Below, in pieces: positions 38,019-51,518 of a DNA stretch of 64,000 bases. The notes under the pieces were generated by a model that was given only the letters and a program-made list of their open reading frames with translations, searched no databases and had not been told where the DNA came from. The stretch's first letter is position 1, and each line of letters starts with the position of its first letter. Source of the stretch: Heptranchias perlo (taxonomy: Eukaryota); assembly GCF_035084215.1 (NCBI RefSeq), contig NW_027139939.1:1-64000 (forward strand), given 5' to 3'. The position numbers were made by a program, and so were the translations under genes.

Positions 38019-39409
38019 ATATATTTTGTAAACTCACGTCACTCAAGTTTAGATTTAAACACTGGCGACAGCATCAATTTTTGGTTTGTGATTGGCCGTT
38101 GCCATGCTGTGAGTGTGACCCTTTACTCTACTCTCGCCATTGCAGCCGGGGTGGGTTTCCTGGTGAAGTTTCTAAAGTAGCCGATTAATGTAAGATTCAT
38201 TACTCGTGATGAGAGTTTACTCTGCGTATCTACTGCTCCGAGTGGGGACACGGGGAGCGTTCTGCTAAAGAGGTTCTGGAGTTCGGGCTGAAACACGCAG
38301 CGGTCCTGGCCAGTTTCATCTCCGGCCCACTCCACCACCACAGCAGGTAAATATTTGTGAGAAGTAATCGCAGGAGTTGTAGCGGCCATGGAGGGGTTCG
38401 GGATGGGGGGGTGACAGATGGCAGCATGGGGCTGCCTGGAAGGACATAATGACAGGTGATCGCCCTTTACAGATGTGCGAACAGCTGTTTGAACTGCCCG
38501 AAATGGTCGGCCTACTTAATACGGTTTAAGTGGGCAACATATAATTGATGCTTATGGTGATGGGAGATGGTTACAGAGGCCTAGTGTGAAAAGGCTTAAC
38601 GATAACCCCATACTGGATATCACCTTGTGTACAGTTAACTTTCTGGAAGTGCGAGCTGATAACGGGCACGGAGAGGGCAATGGGGAATCTGGGACCTCAG
38701 TGACCGTCGAGACCAAAAGTCCATCACCTTAACCATTGAGATTTAAGAACATAACATAAGAACATAAGAAATAGGAGCAGGAGTAGGCCAATCGGCCCCT
38801 CGAGCCTGCTCCGCCATTCAATAAGATCATGGCTGATCTGATCCTAACCTCAAATCTAAATTCATGTCCAATTTGGATTGAGAAAGAATCAGAGGAACGA
38901 CAGAGAAGGAGGGTGAATTAGTGTCAAATCAGGTACTGAAAGAGAAATAAAGTGGGAAGAAAAGATTGGATTAAAAAGAGACAGAAAGGAAAAGTAAGGT
39001 AAAAAAAGTAAAATTTTAAATTTTAAAAATCTCGAAGAAGAATTTACTACCTGCCGGGTGAGATTCACTTGTTTAAATCGTCCCCTTTCTGGGCAGGAGA
39101 GATTGATTGGCATTAACAATTATCACATTGTTAAGAGGGTATTTACGATGTTAAGTTCCAGCCCTGACTTTGAGGCGAGTTTAACGGGCGATTAATGTGC
39201 AAATCCAGCAAGTTCTTAAAAATAACGGAGGTTGAGGTCGTGAGAAGCAAATGGCGGAACGGCGTAAATCGACCAGCAAATTCCGGAGATTTGCATCTCA
39301 CGGTGTGTCTCTTAATCCCCTGACCTTGCTGGCCGATTTGTGCATTAATAACGACGTGTGTCGTGAGCCCCCCGTTACCTCTCCAGGAGAATTCGGCCCC
39401 GTTAACTCA

Positions 39410-39947
39410 TTACAGTTTCAAATGACGCCGTTTAAAAGAGGTTCCGTGTTTCTCCTACTTTTGTTCAACCAAGGATTAAAGAAAGGGAACAGTTTGTCTT
39501 TGAACGTGTGAGTGAAAAAGTGCAGAGATGGAACATGTCATCAGCATTGTAAAAGGACACCTGTCCTCCCTCATAGACCCTGACCTTCCTGGGCTTGGTT
39601 GTTAGTTTGAGGACAGTGGAGGGTGAGGTCAGAGCCCCTTCGATGTGCTCGTACCTCTGACAGATGGTCCACTACCCATCGAGGGTCAGCGTGATCTGCC
39701 CCTTCCTGTTGGCCGTCTCCTGGGCCAGTCCCAAGTCCCAGTCGGTCTTGTTGGCCGCCTCCATCTCCCAGTAGTGATTCCCTGAGGTGAATCCCTGGCT
39801 GCTCAGAACGCAGGTGCACTGCTCATACCCCTGGCAGACGTTGTTTAGGTTATTGGCTCAGATCATTGGCGTCCACCATGGTCAGGTCCTCAGGTACGAC
39901 AAGCCTGGACTGCCCGGTTCTGGGATCGAGAGTGATCAGAGCCAGCA
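39410..39947 (-). pseudogene. TRIM-type PRY-SPRY (B30.2) terminal exon, disrupted
   Basis: Acceptor TTCTCCCTGTCTATTATTAAAAG; ITLDPRTG.SRLVVPEDLT / CVLSSQGFTSGNHYWEMEAANKTDWDLGLAQETANRKG / [21 protein letters not shown] / [11 protein letters not shown]. In-frame TAG at 39672-74, at least two frameshifts and a deletion in the V.LDYE motif. Confidence 0.9.
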
Positions 39948-40740
39948 CTTTTAATAATAGACAGGGAGAACGTTATAAACATTCGACAATTATAACTGGA
40001 ACATGAAAATACTGAAATCCAAGGTGATATATCGAGAAGGTGTTATCGGCTTTGCATACAGTACACAATTCCTTCTGGGGACACGTTCCCCCCTCATATC
40101 TTGCCGATAACACCCCTCTTTACGAAACAGTATATCCTCTGACTCGCCCCCTCCACAATCCCGCAGGGGAATCGTTCACCTTTATCAACATTTCCCCTTC
40201 TCTTGATACAGGGGTATTGATACCTTGCTCTGATCTGATTCCAATGGAGCCCTAGTACCTTCAGAATCTTACCCACATGGCCGACCTTCATATATCAGCC
40301 TGCACGGGGACTGCTGGCAAGCTATTATTCGACTGTGGAAGGCATCACAGCTCAGCCTGACCCGGGCCCCACCGGATTCCCACACGGGCGAGGGATCAGG
40401 ACCAGGAACCGTAGCTCAGAGTCTGACTCACCCCCAGCCCAGGGAGAGCCGAGAATGATTGGTGCTCAGGTCAGCTAACTTGGCCCAGGCTAGAAATGCC
40501 ACAGGAGATAGAGGATCCATAAAGAAAATCACATCAATTGGGGAATATTTTCCTCTGTGCGTAAAGTTACAGAAAGATTCTTCTATTACTAAACTGGGGA
40601 GGTTTATAAGAAAATCTGTCTTTCACCTGAGTTCAAAGAAAACCCAGATGAAAGGTCGATAAAGGTTTCATGTGAGGAGAGTTTAGGGCCGTCTCAAGCA
40701 ATTCTTGTTATTTGTGGGTCCATAGGGGATAGGAATTAAT

Positions 40741-41612
40741 TGGGGAGTGGGCCTCAGTCGGGTCAGAGTGGGGAGTGGGATTCAGTCGGGTCAGAGTGGG
40801 GAGTGGGACTCAGTCGGGTCAGAGTGGGGAGTGGGCCTCAGTCGGGTTAGAGTGGGGAGTGGGACTCAGTCGGGTCAGAGTGGGGAGTGGGGCTCAGTCG
40901 GGTGTGAGTGGGGAGTGGGGTTCAGTCGGGTCAGAGTGGGGAGTGGGACTCAGTCGGGTCAGAGTGGGGAGTGGGGCTCGGTCGGGTCTGAGTGGGGAGT
41001 GGGATTCAGTCGGGTCAGAGTGGGGAGTGGGACTCAGTCGGGTCAGAGTGGGGAGTGGGACTCAGTCGGGTCAGAGTGGGGAGTGGGTCTCAGTCGGGTC
41101 AGAGTGGGGAGTGGGACTCAGTCGGGTCAGAGTGGGGAGTGGGGCTCAGTCGGGTCAGAGTGGGGAGTGGGTCTCAGTCGGGTCAGAGTGGGGAGTGGGA
41201 TTCAGTCGGGTCAGAGTGGGGAGTGGGGCTCAGTCGGGTGTGAGTGGGGAGTGGGGCTCAGTCGGGTCAGAGTGGGGAGTGGGACTCAGTCGGGTCAGAG
41301 TGGGGAGTGGGGCTCGGTCGGGTCTGAGTGGGGAGTGGGATTCAGTCGGGTCAGAGTGGGGAGTGGGGCTCAGTCGGGTCAGAGTGGGGAGTGGGATTCA
41401 GTCGGGTCAGAGTGGGGAGTGGGACTCAGTCGGGTCAGAGTGGGGAGTGGGACTCAGTCGGGTCAGAGTGGGGAGTGGGTCTCAGTCGGGTCAGAGTGGG
41501 GAGTGGGACTCAGTCGGGTCAGAGTGGGGAGTGGGGCTCAGTCAGGTCAGAGTGGGGAGTGGGTCTCAGTCGGGTCAGAGTGGGGAGTGGGATTCAGTCG
41601 GGTCAGAGTGGG
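40741..41612. repeat. 28-bp G-rich minisatellite (about 31 copies)
   Basis: GAGTGGGGAGTGGGACTCAGTCGGGTCA, period 28. Confidence 0.96.
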
Positions 41613-42376
41613 AGACTTGTTTTTATGTTCACTGTAATGACCTCACGTATTAGATACACATTGAATGAATGATTTCACTTCATCCTGAAAGGAGATCATG
41701 TCCGGCTTTATAATAAAAATACAAATGAGTCTCCGTGTGCAGAGTTTATCGAAGTTTGATCCTTGTGCATGTCTCTCCAGTTGGTTGCGGCATTGAAGGG
41801 GGGTGGGGGCGGTGGTATTTTCGGAGTCCCTGCTCCAGCGATGGGACCTCACCCCCAGAGGGCAGTTTATCAGTAAATAGTCGGCCCACTGCCCGTGATT
41901 TTCCATTCATTAATGGCAATGGACCAAGAATTGTGGGCACCTCCAATGATCCACACGCTGTGTGCAAGGCTCTGCCAGTGGCCCAGGGCCCCGATAATCT
42001 CAGCTCAACAGGTCTACGTTCCTTCAGAGCGTTGGGTAGCTCAGCTGGTCGAGAGCTGGACGAAGGGGTGAAGGGTCCCAGGTTTGAATCCCAACAACGT
42101 CCACTCAGCCTTTCAACTGTCTGAGGTTCATGAAGTGAATACCATATTGCAGGGCGTAGGGAGAAATCCAGAGACTGCTCGCAGTCCTTCCCATTGCGAA
42201 TGGGGCTGCCCCAGACGGCCCTGACTCCTCAGTAATAGGTATGGGGATGACCAGCTGATTAAAACAGACCAAGGATGGAACCTGCAATCTTCCTCTGGGG
42301 CTCAACCACCTATTTCATAAACTCACTGTGTCATCAGAACAGCTGCAGACAACAGAGATAACATCAAACCTCACAT

Positions 42377-45300
42377 GGTAAATCTATCGGTGTTTACCGA
42401 GAGAGGGGATTAGGGTAAATCTATCGGTGTTTACCGAGAGAGGGGATTCGGTTAAATCTATCGGTGTTCACCGAGAGAGGGGATTAGGGTAAATCTATCG
42501 GTGTTCACCAGGAGAGAGGGGATTAGGGTAAATCTATCGGTGTTTACCGAGAGAGGGGTTTGGGGTAAATCTATCGGTGTTTACCGAGAGAGGGGATTAG
42601 GGTAAATCTATTGGTGTTCACCGAGAGAGGGGATTAGGGTAAATCTATCGGTGTTCACCAGGAGAGAGGGGATTAGGGTAAATCTATCGGTGTTTACCGA
42701 GAGAGGGGTTTGGGGTAAATCTATCGGTGTTTACCGAGAGAGGGGATTGGGGTAAATCTATCGGTGTTTACCAGGAGAGAGGGGATTTGGGTCAATCTAT
42801 CGGTGTTTACCGAGAGAGGGGATTAGGGTAAATCTATCAATGTTTACCGAGAGAGGGGAATGGGGTAAATCTATCAGTGTTTACCGAGAGAGGGGATTGG
42901 GGTAAATCTACCGGTGTTCACCGAGAGAGGGGATTAGGGTAAATCTATCAGTGTTTACCGAGAGAGGGGATTAGGGTAAAACTATCAGTGTTTACCGAGA
43001 GAGGGGATTAGGGTAAATCTATCGGTGTTCACCGAGAGAGGGGATTGGGGTAAATCTATCGGTGTTCACCGAGAGAGGGGATTAGGTTAAATCTATCGGT
43101 GTTTACCGAGAGAGGGGATTAGGGTAAATCTATCGGTGTTCACCGAGAGAGGGGATTAGGGTAACTCTATCGGTGTTCACCGAGAGAGGGGATTAGGGTA
43201 AATCTATCGGTGTTCACCGAGAGAGGGGATTAGGGTAAATCTATCGGTGTTCACTGAGAGAGGGGATTAGGGTAAATCTATCGGTGTTCACCGAGAGAGG
43301 GGATTAGGATCAATCTATCGGTGTTCACTGAGAGAGGGGATTAGGGTAAATCTATCGGTGTTCACCGAGAGAGGGGATTAGGGTCAATCTATCGGTGTTC
43401 ACCGAGAGAGGGGATTAGGGTAAATCTATCGGTGTTTACTGAGAGAGGGGATTAGGGTAAATCTATCGGTGTTCAGCGAGAGAGGGGATTAGGGTAAATC
43501 TATTGGTGTTTACCGAGAGAGGGGATTAGGGTAAATCTAATGGTGTTCACCGAGAGAGTGGATTAGGGTAAATCTATCGGTGTTTACCAGGAGAGGGGAT
43601 TAGGGTAAATCTATCGGTGTTTACCGAGAGAGGGGATTAGGGTAAATCTATCGGTGTTTACCAGGAGAGAGGGGATTAGGGTAAATCTATCGGTGTTTAC
43701 CGAGAGAGGGGATTGGGGTAAATCTATCGGTGTTTACCAGGAGAGAGGGGATGAGGGTAAATCTATCGGTGTTTACCGAGAGAGGGGATTAGGGTAAATC
43801 TATCGGTGTTTACCGAGAGAGGGGATTAGGGTAAATCTATCAGTGTTCACCGAGAGAGGGGATTAGGGTAAATCTATCGGTGTTTACCGAGAGAGGGGAT
43901 TAGGGTAAATCTATCGGTGTTTACTGAGAGAGGGGATTAGGGTAAATCTATCGGTGTTCACCGAGAGAGGGGATTAGGGTAAATCTATCGGTGTTTACCG
44001 AGAGAGGGGATTGGGGTAAATCTATCGGTATTCACCAAGAGAGGGGATTAGGGTAAATCTATCGGTGTTTACCGAGAGAGGGGATTAGGGTCAATCTATC
44101 GGTGTTTACCAGGAGAGGGGATTAGGGTAAATCTATCGATGTTTACCGAGAGAGGGGATTAGGGTAAATCTATCGGTGTTTACCAGGAGAGGGGATTAGG
44201 GTAAATCTATCGATGTTTACCGAGAGAGGGGATTAGGGTAAATCTATCAGTGTTTACCGAGAGAGGGGATTAGGGTAAATCTATCGGTGTTTACCGAGAG
44301 AGGGGATTAGGGTAAATCTATCGGTGTTTGCCAGGAGAGGGGATTAGGGTAAATCTATCGATGTTTACCGAGAGAGGGGATTAGGGTAAATCTATCGGTG
44401 TTTACCAGGAGAGGGGATGAGGGTAAATCTATCGGTGTTTACCGAGAGAGGGGATTAGGGTAAATCTATCGGTGTTCACCGAGAGAGGGGATTAGGGTAA
44501 ATCTGTCGGTGTTTACCGAGAGAGGGGATTACGGTAAATCTATCGGTGTTTACCGAGAGAGGGGATTAGGGTCAATCTATCGGTGTTTACCGAGAGAGGG
44601 GATTAGGGTAAATCTATCAATGTTTACCGAGAGAGGGGATTGGGGTAAATCTATCGGTGTTTAACAGGAGAGAGGGGATTACGGTAAATCGATCGGTGTT
44701 TACCAGGAGAGAGGGGATTAGGGTAAATCTATCGGTGTTTACCGAGAGAGGGGATTGGGGTAAATCTATCGGTGTTTACCGATAGAGGGGATTAGGGTCA
44801 ATCTATCGGTGTTTAACAGGAGAGAGGGGATTAGGGTAAATCTATCGGTGTTTACCGAGAGAGGGGATTAGGGTCAATCTATCGGTGTTTACCGAGAGAG
44901 GGGATTAGGGTAAATCTATCAATGTTTACCGAGAGAGGGGATTGGGGTAAATCTATCGGTGTTTACCGAGAGAGGGGATTAGGGTAAATCTATCGGTGTT
45001 TACCGAGAGAGGGGATTCGGGTAAATCTATCGGTGTTCACCGAGAGAGGGGATTAGGGTAAATCTATCGGTGTTTACCGAGAGAGGGGATTAGGGTAAAT
45101 CTATCGGTGTTTACTGAGAGAGGGGATTAGGGTAAATCTATCGGTGTTCACCGAGAGAGGGGATTAGGGTAAATCTATCGGTGTTTACCGAGAGAGGGGA
45201 TTGGGGTAAATCTATCGGTATTCACCGAGAGAGGGGATTAGGGTAAATCTATCGGTGTTTACCGAGAGAGGGGATTAGGGTCAATCTATCGGTGTTTACC

Positions 45301-48300
45301 AGGAGAGGGGATTAGGGTAAATCTATCGATGTTTACCGAGAGAGGGGATTAGGGTAAATCTATCGGTGTTTACCAGGAGAGGGGATTAGGGTAAATCTAT
45401 CGATGTTTACCGAGAGAGGGGATTAGGGTAAATCTATCAGTGTTTACCGAGAGAGGGGATTAGGGTAAATCTATCGGTGTTTACCGAGAGAGGGGATTAG
45501 GGTAAATCTATCGGTGTTTGCCAGGAGAGGGGATTAGGGTAAATCTATCGATGTTTACCGAGCGAGGGGATTAGGGTAAATCTATCGGTGTTTACCAGGA
45601 GAGGGGATTAGGGTAAATCTATCGGTGTTTACCGAGAGAGGGGATTAGGGTAAATCTATCGGTGTTCACCGAGAGAGGGGATTAGGGTAAATCTGTCGGT
45701 GTTTACCGAGAGAGGGGATTACGGTAAATCTATCGGTGTTTACCGAGAGAGGGGATTAGGGTAAATCTATCGGTGTTCACCGAGAGAGGGGATTAGGGTA
45801 AATCTATCGGTGTTCACCAGGAGAGAGGGGATTAGGGTCAATCTATCGGTGTTTAACAGGAGAGAGGGGATTAGGGTAAATCTATCGGTGTTTACCGAGA
45901 GAGGGGATTAGGGTCAATCTATCGGTGTTTACCGAGAGAGGGGATTAGGGTAAATCTATCAATGTTTACCGAGAGAGGGGATTGGGGTAAATCTATCGGT
46001 GTTTACCGAGAGAGGGGATTAGGGTAAATCTATCGGTGTTTACCGAGAGTGGGGATTCGGGTAAATCTATCGGTGTTTACCGAGAGAGGGGATTAGGGTA
46101 AATCTATCGGTGTTTACCAGGAGAGAGGGGATTGGGGTAAATCTATCGGTGTTTACCAGGAGAGAGGGGATTTTGGTCAATCTATCGGTGTTTACCGAGA
46201 GAGGGGATTAGGGTAAATCTATCAATGTTTACCGAGAGAGGGGAATGGGGTAAATCTATCAGTGTTTACCGAGAGAGGGGATTGGGGTAAATCTACCGGT
46301 GTTCACCGAGAGAGGGGATTAGGGTAAATCTATCAGTGTTTACCGAGAGAGGGGATTAGGGTAAAACTATCAGTGTTTACCGAGAGAGGGGATTAGGGTA
46401 AATCTATCAGTGTTTACCGAGAGAGGGGATTAGGGTAAAACTATCAGTGTTTACCGAGAGAGGGGATTAGGGTAAATCTATCAGTGTTTACCGAGAGAGG
46501 GGATTGGGGTAAATCTATCGGTGTTTACCGAGAGAGGGGATTCTGGTAAATCTATCGGTGTTTACCGAGAGAGGGGATTAGGGTAAATCTATCGGTGTTT
46601 ACCAGGAGAGAAGGGATTAGGGTAAATCTATCGGTGTTTACCGAGAGAGGGGATTAGGGCAAATCTATCGGTGTTTACCGAGAGAGGGGATTAGGGCAAA
46701 TCTATCAGTGTTCACCAGTGGAGAGGTTTATGGTAAATCTACCAGTGTTCACCACGGGAGAGGTTTATGGTAAATCTACTGGTGTTTACCAGGGGAGATG
46801 TTTTTGGTAAATCTACCAGTGTTTACCAGGGGAGAGGTTTATGGTAAATCTACCAGTGTTTACCAGGGGAGAGGTTTATGGTATATCTATCGGTGCTAAC
46901 TAGTAGAGTGTATTGCGGTATATCTATTGGTGTTTACCGGGAGGGTGTATTGCGGTATATCTATTGGTGTTTACCGGGAGGGTGTATTGCGGCATATCTC
47001 TTGGTGCGTACCAGGAGAGTGTATTGCGGTATGTCTATTGGTGTTTACCGGGAGAGTGTATTGCGGTATATCTATCGGTGTTTACCGGGAGAGTGCATTG
47101 CGGTATATCTGTTGGTGTTTACCGGGAGAGTGTATTGCGGTATATCTATTGGTGTTTCCCGGGAGAGTGCATTGCGGTATATCTGTTGGTGTTTACCGGG
47201 AGAGTGTATTGCGGTATATCTATTGGTGTTTACCGGGAGAGTGTATTGCGATATATCTGTTGGTGTTTACCGGGAGAGTGTATTGCGGTATATCTATTGG
47301 TGTTTACCGGGAGAGTGCATTGCGGTATATCTGTTGGTGTTTACCGGGAGAGTGTATTGCGGTATATCTATTGGTGTTTACCGGGAGAGTGTATTGCGAT
47401 ATATCTATCAGTGTTTACCGGGAGAGTGTATTGCGATATATCTATCGGTGTTTACCGGGAGAGTGTATTGCGGTATATTTATCGGTGTTTACCGGGAGAG
47501 TGTATTGCGGTATATCTATTGGTGTTTACCGGGAGAGTGTATTGCGGTATATCTATTGGTGTTTACCAGGAGGGTGTATTGCGGTATATCTATCGGTGTT
47601 TACTGGGAGAGTGTATTGCGGTATATCTATCGGTGTTTACCGGGAGAGTGTATTGCGGTATATCTATCGGTGTTTACCGGGAGAGTGTATTGCGGTATAT
47701 CTATCGGTGTTTACCGGGAGAGTGTATTGCGGTATATCGATCGGTGTTTACCGGGAGAGTGTATTGCGGTATATCTATCGGTGTTTACCGGGAGAGTGTA
47801 TTGCGGTATATCTATCGGTGTTTACCGGGAGAATGTATTGCGGTATATCTATCTGTGTTTACCGGGAGAGTGTATTGCGGTATATCTATCGGTGTTTACC
47901 GGGAGAGTGTATTGCGGTATATCTATTGGTGTTTACCGGGAGAGTGTATTGCGGTATATCTATTGGTGTTTACCGGGAGAGTGTATTGCGGTATATCTGT
48001 TGGTGTTTACCGGGAGAGTGTATTGCGGTATATCTATCGGTGTTTACCGGGAGAGTGTATTGCGGTATATCTATCGGTGTTTACCGGGAGAGTGCATTGC
48101 GGTATATCTATCGGTGTTTACCGGGAGAGTGTATTGCGGTATATCTATCGGTGTTTACCGGGAGAGTGTATTGCGGGAGATCTATCGGTGTTTACCGGGA
48201 GAGTGTATTGCGGTATATCTATCGGTGTTTACCGGGAGAGTGTGTTGCGGTTTTTCTATCGGTGTTTACCGGGAGAGTGTTTTGCGGTATATCTATCGGT

Positions 48301-48830
48301 GTTTACCGGGAGAGTGTTTTGCGGTATATCTATCGGTGTTTACCGGGAGAGTGTATTGCGGTGTCTCTATCGGTGTTTACCGGGAGAGTGTATTGCGGTA
48401 TATCTATCGGTGTTTACCGGGAGAGTGTATTGCGGTATATCTATCGGTGTTTACCGGGAGAGTGTATTGCGGTATATCTATCGGTGTTTACTGGGAGAGT
48501 GTATTGCGGTATATCTATCGGTGTTTACCGGGAGAGTGTATTGCGGTATATCTATCGGTGTTTACCGGGAGAGTGTATTGCGGTATATCTATCGGTGTTT
48601 ACCGGGAGAGTGTATTGCGGTATATCTATCGGTGTTTACCGGGAGAGTGTATTGCGGTATATCTATCGGTGTTTACCGGGAGAGTGTATTGCGGTATATC
48701 TATCGGTGTTTACCGGGAGAGTGTATTGCGGTATATCTATCGGTGTTTACCAGGAGGGTGTATTGCGGTATATCTATCGGTGTTTACCGGGAGAGTGTAT
48801 TGCGGTATATCTATTGGTGTTTACCTGGAG
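42377..48830. repeat. 37-bp satellite, about 6.4 kb, in three successive variant blocks
   Basis: GGGTAAATCTATCGGTGTTTACCGAGAGAGGGGATTA to about 46710, a short transition, then GGTATATCTATCGGTGTTTACCGGGAGAGTGTATTGC at 46880-48830. Confidence 0.97.
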
Positions 48831-49564
48831 AGAGCATTTGTCGCATTTCTTTCTAGACTGTGTATTGCAGGGGTTCCCTGAACACTCCCAAGTCCAGATC
48901 ACTGCTCACCACACAGTCTGTCATTTACTCTCTTTTCCTGGAACCTGAGGAAATGGTTCATTAACAGGTTTGTTTGAAATATTTAGCCATGGGGGGTTGT
49001 AAAAATAAATAAACAGTGCGAGAATGTGGAAGACAAGGTTTAAAATTCACCCTCACCTCCGCTTCAGTCCTTTAACTCCTGCGTACAATTAGAAACACAA
49101 CACATCACGATTAGTAAACACGTTTACTGCACATAATCTGCCTTTTGCATTAAAGCGAAAATCGCACCTTCCCCGAAGGCCATGGATAAAGACATCGCCA
49201 TGCTGACCTGGTGGGCTCGGCTTTCTGCTCACTCAGCTCTTCACTCCCAAGGCAACAATCGGGCTCAGTGCCCTGGACTGTAGAGAAGCTGTTTACAGGA
49301 GGAGGATCAGCTGTGATATCTTCTACAGTCGACTAGCCGACTGATTCTCACATACAAAAACTGGCCACCTGTGGCAAAGTACTGGAGGGCTGCCCACAGC
49401 TGAACTGCAATGTCAGTTAGCACATTATCAAAGGGAGGGAGAAGATGAAGCTAATTATACAAACAGACATGTTTGTTTTATTGTAGAAACTCAGGGGTCA
49501 AAATTGGTCTGGGGCGGGATCGTAAATTGACAGGATCGTAAAGCGGGCAGGATTATTTAAAAAA

Positions 49565-51518
49565 TTCATTCATGGGATGTGGGCGTCGCTGGCGAGGCCG
49601 GCATTTATTGCCCATCCCTAATTGCCCTTGAGAAGGTGGTGGTGAGCCGCCTTCTTGAACCGCTGCAGTCCGTGTGGTGACGGTTCTCCCACAGTGCTGT
49701 TAGGAAAGGAAGTTCCAGGATTTTGACCCAGTGACGATGAAGGAACGGCGATATATTTCCAAGTCGGGATGGTGTGTGACTTGGAGGGGAACGTGCAGGT
49801 GGTGTTGTTCCCATGTGCCTGCTGCCCTTGTCCTTCCAGGTGGTAGAGGTTGCGGGTTTGGGAGGTGCTGTCGAAGAAGCCTTGGCGAGTTGCTGCAGTG
49901 CATCCTGTGGATGGTACACACTGCAGCCACTGTGCGCCGGTGGTGAAGGGAGTGAATGTTTAGGGTGGTGGATGGGGTGCCAATCAAGCGGGCTGCTTTG
50001 TCCTGGATGGTGTTGAGCTTCTTGAGTGTTGTTGGAGCTGCACTCATCCAGGCAAGTGGAGAGTATTCCATCACACTCCTGACTTGTGCCTTGTAGATGG
50101 TGGAAAGGCTTTGGGGAGTCAGAAGGTGAGTCACTCAACGCAGAATACCCAGCCTCTGACCTGCTCTTGCAGCCACAGTATTTATATGGCTGGTCCAGTT
50201 AAGTTTCTGGTCAATGGTGATCCCCCAGGATGTTGATGGTGGGGGATTCGGCGATGGTAATGCCGTTGAATGTCAAGTGGAGGTGGTTAGATTCTCTCTT
50301 GTTGGAGATGGTCATTGCCTGGCACTTGTCTGGCACAAATGTTAGTTGCCACTTATCAGCCCAAGCCTGGATGTTGTCCAGGTCTTGCTGCATGCGGGCT
50401 CGGACTGCTTCATTATCTGACGGGTTGCGAATGGAACTGAACACTGTGCAATCATCAGTGAACGTCCCCATTTCTGACCTTATGATGGAGGGAAGGTCAT
50501 TGATGAAGCAGCTGAAGATGGTTGGGCCTAGGACACTGCCCTGAGGGACTCCTGCAGCAATGTCCTGGGGCTGAGATGATTGGCCTCCAACAACCACTAC
50601 CATTTTTCTTTGTGCTAGGTATGATTCCAGCCACTGGAGAGTTTTCCCCCTGATTCCCATTGACTTCAATTTTACTAGGGCTCCTTGGTGCCACACTCGG
50701 TCAAATGCTGCCTTGATGTCAAGGGCAGTCACTCTCACCTCACCTCACCTCTGGAATTCAGCTCTTTTGTCCATGTTTGGACCAAGGCTGTAATGAGGTC
50801 TGGAGCCGAGTGGTCCTGGCGGAACCCAAACTGATCATCGGTGAGCAGGTTATTGATGAATACGTGCTGCTTGATAGCACTGTCGACGACACCTTCCATC
50901 ACTTTGCTGATGATTGAGAGTAGACTGATGGGGCGGTAATTGGCCGGATTGGATTTATTCTGCTTTTTGTGGACAGGACATACCTGGGCAATTTTCCGCA
51001 TTGTCGGGTAGATGCCAGTGTTGTAGCTGTACTGGAACAGTTTGGCGAGAGGCGCGGCTAGTTCTGGAGCACAAGTCTTCAGCACTACAGCCAGGATGTT
51101 GTCGGGGCCAATAGCCTTTGCTGTATCCAGTGCACTCAGCCGTTTCTTGATATCACGTGGAGTGAATCGAATTGGCTGAAGCCTGGCTTCTGTGATGGTG
51201 GGGATATCGGGAGGCGGCCGAGATGGATCATCCACTCAGCACTTCTGGCTGAAATGCTTCAGCCTTGCCTTTTGCACTCACGTGCTGGACTCTGCCATCA
51301 TTGAGGATGGGGATGTTTACAGAGCCTCCGCCTCCCGTTAGTTGTTTAATTGCCCACCACCATTCATGACTGGATGTGGCAGGACTGCAGAATTTTGATC
51401 TGATCCGTTGGTTGTGGAATCGCTTAGCTCTGTCTATAGCATGTTGCTTCTGCTGTTTAACATGCATGTAGTCCTGAGTTGTCGCTTCACCAGGTCGGCA
51501 CCTCATTTTTCGGTACGC
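49565..51518 (-). mobile_element. Non-LTR retrotransposon (CR1/L2 group), RT region to 3' UTR
   Basis: KAIGPDNI, NYRPISLLS, LDIKAAFDRVWH, GVPQGSVLGP, FTDD; frameshifted. Confidence 0.92.

Noticed and set aside
40039-40114. 12-bp perfect inverted repeat (GGTGTTATCGGC/GCCGATAACACC)
   Set aside because: The 52-nt loop and short stem do not fit a pre-miRNA or a clear MITE; no TSD seen.
42377-48830. CRISPR-like array (37-bp partly palindromic repeat)
   Set aside because: Units are head-to-tail with no unique spacers, there are no cas genes, and the DNA is vertebrate.
46878-48948. About 650-aa Cys/Tyr-rich ORFs in three frames
   Set aside because: Translation of the 37-bp satellite.
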